A DNA stretch of 64,000 nucleotides from Podospora anserina. Its lineage: Eukaryota. The stretch lies in NCBI GenBank assembly GCA_017654855.1, contig CM030332.1, positions 4,278,001 through 4,342,000 on the forward strand. The letters are read 5' to 3'. A program made the translations under genes and the position numbers. Position 1 is the stretch's first letter. Each line of letters opens with the position of its first letter. The notes beneath the pieces were generated by a model that was given only the letters and a program-made list of their open reading frames with translations, made no database searches and had not been told where the DNA came from. Of this stretch, positions 1 to 10,896 are shown piece by piece.

Positions 1-584
1 ACGAACAACAACGACACCAGAGACCGGTGAACAAGGAATTGGGAAATTCTCTTAACCTTTTTACGACTAGAATGGCCCGGAACCGGATGTGGTTGAGGAA
101 GATGCAACTGGGAATTGGGGAGGGAGGTAGGGAGGGGTGTTGGCATTCTTGGTGACTTGGTCATCTCCCGACCAGGTTATGTCATCTTTTTTTTCCATGA
201 GGGGGGACCAATTGGGGTGATTTAAACACACACACGCCATAAGAATCTAGAATTCCATAAACCTCCTCTAAACAAAGAGATATGCTGCGGGGGGAGTTCT
301 TGACCGAGTCGACAGCCACGTCTCTTCGGACCGAAATGTTTTAACTGCCGGTTTAACGTGGGGGGGATGGAGGATGGGGACGGGAAGAGTAACTAACCCC
401 TCCTCTTGAGAGCTCATGGGAGAGCTGTTTCGTGTCACCACCACCCAACTTTGAAGCTTTTGCTCACCGAGGGGCTTGGGCGAGGTAGGTCGTAGCTTTA
501 GAAGTTCCAACATGCGGGAGAGGGATGGATTGCGTAGCGTAGCAGTACAGTCGGTCTGTAACATCCCTGGTGTGCAGGTGTGTC

Positions 585-585
<1 letters not shown>

Positions 586-620
<35 letters not shown>
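586..620. repeat. (GT)n microsatellite
   Basis: Perfect GT dinucleotide run seen directly; it explains the spurious HTHT/CVCV ORFs here. Confidence 0.95.
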
Positions 621-621
<1 letters not shown>

Positions 622-1354
622 CCTCATCCGACGAAACTTTGACATAGGTAACAACACACACACAATGGGATGGGAGGACGGATCGGACGATGTGCTGCCA
701 CCACCTCACCCCTGGGATTTTGGCAGCCCCCTCCCCACTTTCGTTTAAGCAAGAGTTGGGGTCTTGATCCGATGTCATTCATGGTGTGCCGTCACTTACA
801 AGAAAAACACACACAATGAGAGAAGATTTCCCGGTGGGAACTTTGTCCAGAGGTTTGGTTGATGTGAGCTGTTATATGTGCGTTGTATGGTGTGAGTTAC
901 ATCGGGTGGGCCTCCCGTGCAGCCGGGGTGGTTTGTGTGTGTGGTAGGGTGTGTGATGTGATCTTTGCCTGCCGGGCAAAGAGAGATGGGATGGGGATAC
1001 ACTGGGGGTGTGGGGGTTGTTTTTTTGAGGGAGGTGTTGATAAATTGGTTGTTGTTGTGAGATGCATATCCTTTGGTTTGATCTCACCCTGTCAATTCGC
1101 GAGTTTGGGGATGCCACTGATGGTAATGAGGACGTAAATGTCGCGATTATTCGGTTTGATATCATGATCACCTATTCGAGCCCTGGCCTGGACGGTATCA
1201 TGATGCCAGATGAACATGAGCATGATGTGAAAGTAGCCGAAATCTTAGTTGTAGACTTTTCCCCTGCAGCCCGCCCTATGTGCCCCTGAACACCATGCTT
1301 CCCTCCTATGTTGCCAATGCCCAAATGAACCCATCATAGTCATGAACAGCCAAC

Positions 1355-2981
1355 CTAGTCCCTCGCCGCAAAAGCAACGGCAGCCGGAAGACGGAATGTA
1401 GCGCAGTACATGCTCTTGGCCGGCGCAACGTCTCTCACATTGTGAACAGCAACCTCGCCTTCCCCATTGAGATTGTAGTCAATGTTACCCGGCTTCATGG
1501 GGAAACCAAGATACTTGGTAAGCCTTTCGCAGATATCAATCAACGGTCTCTCGTCGTCGGCCTTGAGCGCGAAGCAGTGGACGTGAACAAGAGGCAGAAG
1601 AGTCTTCGTGGTGGGTGCGAAGAGGTTTTCTTGCAATTGATAGATTCCCTTGAACGAGCCGACAAACTCGATTGCCGAGGCTGGCAGGTTCATGACGAAG
1701 TGCGAGATGGTGGGAGGGAGAGGATATGTTTCTGTGATTAAGGGCTTTAGCGGCTCCGGTACAAAACCGGGCGTGGTGGGCTTATCCGTCTTCTTGGACT
1801 TTGATCTCGGTCCAGGTTTTGTGATGACGACCTTTTCACCCTTGAGGGATGCCGCTAGAACTTCATCCGTCGCTTGACGGATGAAGCCGAGGCCATCCTC
1901 GCAGAAGGGACGAACAAAATCCTGGACCTTGTTCTTCTGGATGTTGGCCTTGAGACACTTGTAACTTTCGGGGTTCTTGTCGTTGGCCCAGACAAACACA
2001 CGTTTTTTGCCGGCTGGGAGGGCAAAGGGGCCGATGCCTGCCATCACGTCGCATACTACCTCTCCTGGCTTGAAGAAGCTGATGATGCGGGTGTGTTCGT
2101 ACTCGAGCTTGCTGTTCCAGTACACCTTGGAATAGTCGAAGTTGAAACTGCAGTTGTTTTCAGTGCAGGAGACGTTGAGGTCATCTTCGCCAGCCAAAAC
2201 TTCGTACTGGAAGGTGCGGAACTCGGACTCGGCTCCGACGTTGTCGACTTTGTTGATGACAGTCTTGATGCTGGGGTTCTTGTCAAGGATTATTTCTGCT
2301 ACTACCTTTTTGTAGGGAAGGTAGCTATCTCGGAGGTTCAGGTGAGCAACGTGGCCTGCTACGTTGAAACCGGATGGAATCTCATCATGAAGTTCAGGGG
2401 GGAGGACCGACTCCATGGTGTCGCCTAGTTTGATGCAGATGTGTGAGATTGCCATTCTAACAATGTATACAGTATCATGTGTCTCTTACGTGCGGTCCAG
2501 TAGTCATACTCGAGTGTGAGCTCATAAGGAATGACTGTCAACTCCTCTTTCTGAATTCCTTCTTGAATAACAGGACCCCATGTCGTCGGTTCTGAAATGG
2601 CGAGCAGTGGTTAGCATATGTACCCTTAAAACAGTATTGATTTTGACACTATTTACCTTCAGCCTTCACACTTGGGTTGAGTAAGATACATTTGCGACCT
2701 TGCGCACCGAGCTCTTTATCTGGGTGAGACACAATGGGAGATATCCTGTCGACCTTGAGCATCTCCTGGCTTGTTTGAAGGGCCTTCCTGTAATGCGCAA
2801 TGACCTTGGGGCTTTGTATGGCGGCGGCAGCCAAGTCCACCCTCTTGGTGAACAAGGCGCGGTTCAGCGCTGCACCGGCGCCTAAACGAACAACGGGTGG
2901 ACGAAGAAAACTCATCTCCACGTTTTCTTGTTGTCCTTTCACAGCGTGAACGCTTGGTGTGGTTCCGCTTTGGGCTTCCAT
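1355..2981 (-). CDS. TRM5: tRNA (guanine37-N1)-methyltransferase Trm5; exons 2981-2657, 2591-2490, 2424-1355
   Basis: Met-10+/Trm5 motifs GHVAHLNLR, FDYSKVYWNSKL, SAM-binding DVMAGIGPFA, NDKNPESY and VMNLP. The GT-AG introns at 2592-2656 and 2425-2489 restore the frame (…YDYWTAR DTMESVLP…). The exact start codon is uncertain. Confidence 0.93.
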
Positions 2982-3504
2982 TCTCTCACAAAGTTAGCAA
3001 GCAATTGTAATGAGAAGAAGAAACGGAGCCTCAATTTACCTTCCAAAAGTTGAGTGAGCGAACGGTGCCTCCTTCATGTGAGCAAAGATCTTGGGCACAA
3101 GGCTGAGTGACTCGGCGGGGTGAAATTTTGAGGGGGTCCACAGCATTTTTCCAAATAACCAATCATATGAGACATATCGCGCCACTGTAATTGAGACCTT
3201 CAGCCTTGCCTGCTGGTGATGTCACTTCAGCCTCTTAAAGAACGGACGCGACAGTTCGGGCCTTTTTAGTGCGCGTTTGCTTTTTCTGCCTGGAGATGCT
3301 GAACAAGTTCATCCCGTCTGCTAAAATAGAACGCCATTCGTATCGCGATTTGGGACGGAAACCCTCCGAAGTCACATGCCGCTGCTTCCTCTCTGGAAGC
3401 CGCTGACATGGTCGTTCGGTAAAGTCGTTGAAATAAGAGCACTTTTCAGGCTGAAAACCTGGGGAAACTGTCGGAAAGATATCCCGACTTCCTCCTTTAA
3501 CAAT

Positions 3505-4604
3505 ATGGCACAGAAAAGGACCATTCACTCATTCTTCACTCCGGATCCAAAGAAACAGCGAATCGCAACGATTGCTGACGAAGATGAGGTGAGGTCGGCT
3601 TTCTTTCAGTGATGCGACACTCCGGACTAACATTGAGATAGACACCCACTTACTCCTCACACAACACATACCCCTTTCCTATCAGGGACCTCTCGAAGTC
3701 CATCACTAAAGAGCTCACCTCCCTTCCAGCCAGACCAGGAAGGCCCGTAAACGACCAACCAGAGCTAGACCTCATCTACTTTGAGCCATTCATCCCCTCC
3801 TACCTCGCCAAAGACCTTTTCCGCTTCCTCCGCTCTGAACTCCCCTTCTACAGAGTAGAGTACTCCATCAAACGATTCGGTGTTGAGACTCAAATCCGCA
3901 CCCCCAGGTACACCACCGTCTTCGGACTCGACCACACCTCCCTCTTTGACGACGACAACCCCAGCATCATCCTCGACGCCAGAACCCACACCCGAATCAA
4001 CATAGGTGAAGCCTACCCACGGTACTCGCCCCGTCCAATACCACAATGTCTCGACGCTCTCCGCAAATCAACCGAAGCGGCCACCAACTGCAAGTTCAAC
4101 TTTTGCCTGGTGAACTACTATGCCACAGGATCAGACAGCATATCCTTCCACAGCGATGACGAGCGGTTTCTCGGTCGAGAACCAGCTATCGCCTCCTTCA
4201 GCCTAGGAGCAGCAAGGGATTTTCTCATGAAACATAAACCTGTCCCACCACCCCCAGATGGCCAAACAACAGTATTCAAGCAGCTCAAGTTACTCCTCGC
4301 GAGCGGCGACATGATTCTCATGAAGGGCAAAACCCAAGCTAACTGGCTGCACTCCATCCCGAAAAGAGCTGGCAAAAGCAGCCAGTATGGTGATGGAAGG
4401 ATCAACATCACCTTTCGGAGAGCCATGGTGAAAGGAGGGACTGATAATTACTATAACTACAATGTCGGCAAGGGTCCCGTTTTTAGATGGGATGACACAG
4501 CCAGGGAAATGAAGGAGTGGAAGCCAGCCCCCAAAGCCAGCCTGGAACGTAAACCGATCACACATCCCAAACCAGAGAAGGATGAGCCAGAAAAAGCCGA
4601 CTGA
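3505..4604 (+). CDS. AlkB-family Fe(II)/2-oxoglutarate dioxygenase, ALKBH2/3-like; exons 3505-3588, 3642-4604; alternative upstream ATG at 3376
   Basis: NYY…HSDDE (HxD), IASFSLGA, WLHSIPK and RINITFR motifs. Intron 3589-3641 (GTGAGG…GACTAAC…TAG) joins exon 1 in frame to ORF 4110-4604. Confidence 0.88.
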
Positions 4605-4803
4605 TTTTGAATTTTCCCAAAAGTCTATTCACGGTATCTAACATGCTCTTCGCTGGCAGAATGAAAATGACGAGACAGAAACAATGAAAAAAGAAACAAA
4701 ACAAGAGAAAACCGCCGCCCTGTCGCCCAATATCGTCCTCGTATGACCCTGTCCTCTATATCAAAACCCAGACAGAAAGAAGAAAGGAAGAGCCATATCC
4801 GCC

Positions 4804-5880
4804 CTACCTCCCCATTCTCATCTGCGCCTTGGCAAACTTGCACAACGCCCGATAGAAAACCTGGTACCCCACCCCTTGGTTATCCGGCACATGGAAAATC
4901 TCCGTCAACCGAATCTGCCACGGTGGGTAACCGGCAAGCTCAACAAAGGGACTGAACAACACAAGCAGGTCAGGCTCCTCCATGACACTCTCGCTCAGCT
5001 CGGCGTCTACGAGCTCGGTGGTGATGTCGGCAGGCTGGAGCTTTTTACGCTGGGACATCTCGGCAAGGGTCTTGGTCAGGTCAACAATGGAGTCTCTGCC
5101 ATCTTCGGCAGAGATGAGAAGAATATTAATGTTCTTGCGGTTCTCATTGTTGGGGCTGTTGCTGAGGGACAGGAGACCGGATTGGACTGGCGGGATGTGA
5201 GGGGCACCGAGCGAGACGGAGGGGAAGGAGGGGCCGAAGTAGGTTTGGAGACGCTGGGAGATGGTCTGGTGGGTTTCCTTGACGTAACCTTTGAGGATGC
5301 CAGTTTTCTCGTAGATGGAGAGCTGAGTGATGCCCGCGCTAGCGCACCAGGCGGCAATGTCGGCTGCTTCGTTGACGAGCTTTTCGAGGCCGGCTCCGCT
5401 GCGCCCTTGATCCTCGAGGGTCAGGATGACGCTGAGGTGTTTGGGAAGGCGACTGAGGTCTTTGATATCACGCTGTATTAACTCGGGGGAGTGGTGGTGG
5501 TGGTGATAGACGGTGTAGAAGCGGTTGCCAATGGCATGGTAAGCCTGGCGGAGGCGGATGTAGATGGAGAAGTAGAGGTGGATGAGGGCGTAGATGAAGA
5601 TGTGGAAGTGGCGGCGGAGGAAACGGCGCAGACCCAGCTTGCCTTTTCGTTCTTCTCGTGAGACTTGGGAAAGGGAGGCTCTTCGGGTGCGATCGAGTGG
5701 TGGTGGGGGTGAGGGGAGGTATGGCTGTTTGATGCTTAACGTCAGCGTTGGTCGGATCACATGCTTTTGGTTTGGGGCGCGTACCTTGAGAAGGTTGACC
5801 TTCTCCTCGGGCGTCAGAAGCCTGTGACTGAACTTCTCATCCTTACGATACCGTTGCAGGTCTTTGGCGCTGAAGGGCAT
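4804..5880 (-). CDS. NUS1: Dehydrodolichyl diphosphate synthase complex subunit Nus1/NgBR; probable intron 5725-5784
   Basis: LPKHLSVIL, WCASAGI-LSIYEKTGILK, SAEDGRDSIVDLTK, EPDLL…GYPPWQIRLTEI and a C-terminal RxG (RMGR); one N-terminal hydrophobic segment. Confidence 0.92.
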   Translation of the reverse strand: MPFSAKDLQRYRKDEKFSHRLLTPEEKVNLLKVRAPNQKHVIRPTLTLSIKQPYLPSPPPPLDRTRRASLSQVSREERKGKLGLRRFLRRHFHIFIYALIHLYFSIYIRLRQAYHAIGNRFYTVYHHHHHSPELIQRDIKDLSRLPKHLSVILTLEDQGRSGAGLEKLVNEAADIAAWCASAGITQLSIYEKTGILKGYVKETHQTISQRLQTYFGPSFPSVSLGAPHIPPVQSGLLSLSNSPNNENRKNINILLISAEDGRDSIVDLTKTLAEMSQRKKLQPADITTELVDAELSESVMEEPDLLVLFSPFVELAGYPPWQIRLTEIFHVPDNQGVGYQVFYRALCKFAKAQMRMGR

Positions 5881-6384
5881 GGCGTATAGCAGCTTATCGT
5901 CGATGCCGGAGAGGTCGGCTGGGGTTTGGTTTTGTGGTGGTGTCCGTAAGCGTGGCTCCTTTATGATCCAGCAGAGTTGGGTTAGACGCAAGGATTATAG
6001 ACTAATCTCCAAGACTACAACTTCCAAGAAACAATGTTGCCTAGACGGAATGTTCGGCTTCGATGTGGTAAGAAACAGGAAGAAAAGGGGGTTGCATACC
6101 TCGCCCAGTCTGGCGTCTCCCTTGGAAAAGTTGGACTCCATTGCAGCTTCCCGGCACACACCACCCTTGCTCCGGGTGGGAATACCTGCTGCTCCTGCTG
6201 ATACGGCGAATCGAGTGAGGTGAGTCTCGGTCAGCCACGTAACTTCGTCGCGGTCTGCCAGTGACATCCGAGGCCAAGCATCTGGGTCCAGGGCATGACG
6301 GAATGTGGCTGACGTTTTTTTTTCTAGGAGCTTTTGCAGCTGTGGGTGTGATTGGCTTGCAATTCCGCACCTGTTTTTCCGTTA

Positions 6385-7392
6385 GGAATCTAATACTCTA
6401 GCCTATACGTAAGAGCTTGGTATCTCTTTTATATTAAAAAAATGCTATTTTTAAAAAATTAAATCTTAATTAGTCTTTTTCATAGTAAAATAAAGTAATA
6501 TTAAAAGCTTTTACTATTAATATTATACTGTCACGGACCTGACATAAGTGGGGAGCGCGGAGCGCGACCCGTCCAACTACTAGGAACGGAAAAGTGGGGA
6601 AGTCAGATTATCACTAGCGCCAAGGGTGATAATCACGATTATCACCAGCCTTCGGTGAACGACGAGTGATAATCGACATTATCACTGGTAATAATGGTGA
6701 TAAACAGGTCTATATATATGGAGGAACTGGCTGGTGTAGATAGACAGTTCCGCAGTATGCAATTCACAATTGTATTCACGGTATCTTGTGTTTACATTGA
6801 GACATCTTGTTGTGCACTGTTTAGCTGCACCGAACCAATTGTCAGAAGTTACCTTCAACCCGTATCCCTTTCAGAGGTTCTGTACAGGGGTTCGTCACAT
6901 ATATTTTTATTAAAAAATAATATACTATAATATTAAATTTATTTAATTACCTATAATAACCTTAAATATTAAAGTAAAAATATTACTAAATCAACTAGTA
7001 TTTAAAATCTGAAATAGACTTATATATTAGATTTAATTATATTCGAAATTTATTTTTCTAAATTTTTATGTTTTATTTATATAAAATTTTAACCTTAATC
7101 AAATTTCTTAAATTAAAATAGAATTAAAATTGCTATTAAAATTATTTACTTTAATATTGTTAAGCATTGAATTTAGATTTTTTATATTTTCAATTATTTT
7201 ATAAATTTATAATTTAATTAGTATTACTAGATTTCAAGATACTTTAAAATACTTTATTAATATTCATAATATAGTAGTTAGTTTAAAACTATAGTTTATA
7301 TGATAAGTTAGATATTTAAAATATATATAGTTAATTTCTAAGGTATAATAAAGATATAATGCTAATACTGTAAGTTAAAGCTATTAAAAAAG
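6385..7392. mobile_element. RIP-degraded transposon relic (very AT-rich), interrupted by a solo LTR
   Basis: Abrupt shift from ~50% GC to very AT-rich, TA-rich and CA/TG-poor sequence with no ORFs, the classic RIP signature. The family cannot be recognised and the boundaries are approximate. Confidence 0.8.
6529..6899 (+). mobile_element. Solo LTR (371 bp) of an LTR retrotransposon
   Basis: Starts TGTCACGGA and ends TTCGTCACA (TG…CA, imperfect terminal inverted repeat). Flanked by a 5-bp near-TSD, TATAC (6524-6528) and TATAT (6900-6904). Contains a TATATATA box at 6711. Much more GC-rich than its flanks. Orientation is inferred and uncertain. Confidence 0.85.
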
Positions 7393-7806
7393 CTACGAAT
7401 TTGACCTGATCTGATAGAACTGAAAAATCGGTGCCGCGAGCCGATTGGGCCCTGAGTGAGCCCACCACAGGGCAGCCCACTGGGCCATGCACGGGCCACA
7501 CCTACCTACCCAGCACCACCTCAGCCAGCCTACAGGGAATATGTACTGCTGTAACGGGACCCTTGGCGGAAGCTCCCCGCGGCGGCACCACCTAACCTGA
7601 AGACCATTGACTATCCATTGAACCACAAGCGCATTCCCCAAGTCCCTACCTTACACCGAGGTGACAGCTATATCCAACGTACAACCAACTCACGACGACG
7701 ACGACAAATCCGGGGGCCATCACACCAGCCCTCCCCCGGCCTGTACTAGACACTCCATGCGCTCTCCCTGTCGGGCCTTGAAGAGGTGACAATCGCCGCT
7801 GCCGCT

Positions 7807-10519
7807 ATGGAACGCGGCGGGTCCAGTGCCTCGCGCTCGCTGTTCCCGACAGGGCCCAGCTTCACCCTCGAGGACTTCTCCAACAAGGACTTTATCGTCA
7901 GGGACTTTGTCGACTCTCTCGCCGAGACTGCCGTTCCAGCAAGCCGCCGCTCAGGCCCGGCGAACCAGGCCTTCGACCCGAAGCCACTAATCCGGACATT
8001 CGAAAGTGAGAAGCTCACGCAGCATCTTCCTATGCGTATTTTCTAACAACATATGCTGATATATCTCTCACTTGATAGACGCTTTATCACAGCTGGGTGC
8101 ATTGGGAGAAGAGCTACAGGAGAAGGAATCAGAATTACTATCACAGGTCCGCCGCGCCGAGATACAACATGACCAGACGCTCGAGACACTCGGTCGAAAG
8201 CTTGATCAGTCCATGTCCCAGTTTGAGGCCCTGGACCTGACCCTAAACAACAACGCAAGTTCGAACGGAAGCATACGTGGCGGTGGTAATGATGGGGGCG
8301 GTAATATCGCTGTACAGATTGGCGAGAAGCTTGAGGAGTTGGACAGAAAGAGAAGGAAAGCGCAGGACGCCAACTTTTTGATACAATGCTGGACAGAAGT
8401 CTCGGAAACGGGGCAGGTGACTTCATTGGAAGAGATACAACGCCAGGGAGGTGCCGAGAACAAGATTCGATGTGCTGTTATTGCGCGACAACTGATGCGC
8501 ATCAGTCAGCGTTTGGATCCGGCGTCATGGGGTCAGCAGACGAATGGGTTCCGAGGAAACGGTGTTACTAATGGGGTTACTGGGACTAACCGAAGGCATA
8601 ATACGAGAGAAGCGCTGGAGAAGTTCTCGGAGCTTTTGGAGCAGGATCTCCTGAAGCAGTTCAACAACAGCTACCGACGCCAAAACTTTGACGACATGAT
8701 GGAGTGCGCAAAGGTTCTTCTGGATTTCAACGGCGGTGCCAGCGTTATTGCCGCCTTTGTCAACCAACACCAGTTCTTTATCGACCGGGATCAGCTCATT
8801 ACAGACGAGGTCACTGCTGACGGTGATACGTGGGATCAGTTGGCTGATCCTGATTCAGAACCGCCCGGTGTTGAGCCAAGTCTGCAGTCTCTCATCGACG
8901 AAGTGAAGATTGTAATGCAGGAGGAGTCCTTCATCATCAAACGGGCTTTCCCGTACTACGAAACGGTTCTTATCAAGTTCATCCAGCGCGTTTTCCAACA
9001 GTCTATCCAACAACGACTCGAGATGGTTCTGGATAAGGCAACTACCATCTCTGCGCTGGCCTTCCTGAGGTGCTTGCACTCATCACGAGCTTATATCGGG
9101 GCACTTGTGGAGGATCTCAAAACACACGGCCTTACTGAACACCCGGAACCATGTTCTGCTCAAATAGCACAAACACTAGACCAGCAGCTGGAGGAGCTGT
9201 TTATCCCGTACTTGGTTGGCAACGGTTACATCGACCGCGAGAAGAAGAGTCTGGAAGAAATGTACAACTCTCTGCTTTTCAAGTTTACGCTGTATCACTC
9301 CCGAAGGAAGAAGGCGCCAACCGGGTTCATGGCATCTCTTGCCCAGCAGGGCACCCAACTAATATCCTCGGCCAAAGACGCATACATGGAGCGTCTGGAG
9401 TCCTCCGACCTTACACCTACTCAAAAGCGAACCATGCTTCGTGTGGCTGGCATTCGGGATGACAGCAGCAACAAGAACGACATTGAAGTCTCGGAACAAG
9501 ACGGTGTCCTCAGCGTAGCCTACGCCAAGCGCATGATTGGCTGGCTGGCCGAATCCGTCCGTCGCACCCTCGAGATGGGATCCTCAAGCGAGACTCCCAA
9601 GGATGTCAACATCTTGCTCAACCTGCTCCTGACGAGCATGGGCCAAGTGTACGTCGAAACCGCCCTCGACGCGGCTCTCGACCTAGCCACCTCGCAAGAA
9701 AACACCAAGACAGAACCAGACCTGTCCTACCTCCCTAATATTCGCCCGGCAGTAACCATCACGAACCTCATGTCCAGATTCATCACCACGGTTCTGATCC
9801 GCCTGGCGGAGTCGAACACCACCATCCGCCGCAGCATGGAAGCGCAGACCAAACTCGCCATTGAGGCCACGGAGCGGAAGACAAACGCGGTAATGAAGTC
9901 GACAATGGACGTTGTTTTGAATTATGTACCCAAACTCCTCTCACAGCAAAAGAAGTTGGACTTTAAGCCCAAGGACGATGATTTGGAGGGACTGGTGGAT
10001 ACACTCCAGACCGTGCCCTGCCAGTTGATTTGTAGCTTTCTCTCCCAAAAAGTGGCCGTGCTCGCCCGTCAGGCGGTGGATGGGCATAATCTGGAGATGT
10101 TTTGCTCTGAGCTCGCGCTGGCGGTTCACCGGTTGCTGTTTGAGCACTTTAAGAAATTCCAGGTTAATGCTACGGGGGGGTTGATGGTGACGAAGGATAT
10201 TGCAAAGTATGTCAGCACGTTGAGGGAGTGGCCTTTGACGAGGGAGGTGGAGCAGATTGTGGAAGTGCTGACGGAGGTTGGGTACTTGTTCATTATCCAG
10301 CCTGAGGCGTTGAAGGAGAGGTCGAGGAATTTAGCGAGCGGGCCGGCGGATGGGAGGATGGGTGGTGGGTTTGGGGGGTTGGTTGGAGGGGGGAATGCTG
10401 GGATTGCGACGACGGCTGCGGTGGGTAAGAGGTTGAATAAAGCGGATTTTAAGCAGTTTGTGCTGAAGAGGGAGGATGCAGGGAGTGCGGGGGTGCAGAG
10501 TGTGTTGGCTGGGTTGTGA
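7807..10519 (+). CDS. SEC10: Exocyst complex component Sec10; exons 7807-8005, 8079-10519
   Basis: N-terminal FDPKPLIRTFE, coiled coil, FVNQHQFFI, FIQRVFQQSIQ, QKKLDFKPKDD and HFKKFQVNATGGLMVTKDI are Sec10-like. Intron 8006-8078 (GTGAG…GCTGAT…TAG) keeps the frame. Confidence 0.9.
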
Positions 10520-10896
10520 GGATGGTAGTAATGTATGGGGGTTGAAGAAAGGAGGGAGGTACATAAAGCAGTTGGAAGCTTTGGAAGGAGGAGTTGAGGT
10601 GGCGTGTTGTTTCTTTCCAGAGTGTTGCTTATACACAGACGGCTTAAAAAGAGTTGGTGGTAGTGATTCAAAGTCTCATAGGCGCAATGATACCAGTAAG
10701 AGGAAACAAACATTTCTGCCGGCTACTCTTGAACAAGTCCATGCTCCCTATCTTCATTGTCATAGCCCAACGTTGCTTTTGTTGTGCGTGTCTCTTTCCA
10801 ATATACCTTTTGGGTTTTCATACATGCAATGTAAAATCCTCATATCTATACAACCAACACAGCCCTTTTTTCCGCTTCTACTACCCAGCGGCTTCT

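Noticed and set aside
1..1300. Several short ORFs at the window start
   Set aside because: They derive from GT/CA microsatellites and low-complexity G/T-rich sequence with no recognisable domain; this is probably UTR or intergenic DNA.
2982..3146. Possible upstream TRM5 exon (MLWTPSKF…) giving a mitochondrial isoform, with a GTAAAT donor and GCTAAC branch site
   Set aside because: An in-frame join needs a rare GAG acceptor and the peptide is not presequence-like. A 5' UTR intron is possible but cannot be resolved without transcripts.
6406..7400. TA-CGT start suggesting a Tc1/mariner (Fot1-like) terminal inverted repeat for the RIPed relic
   Set aside because: No matching inverted repeat is visible at the right end, so no family is assigned.
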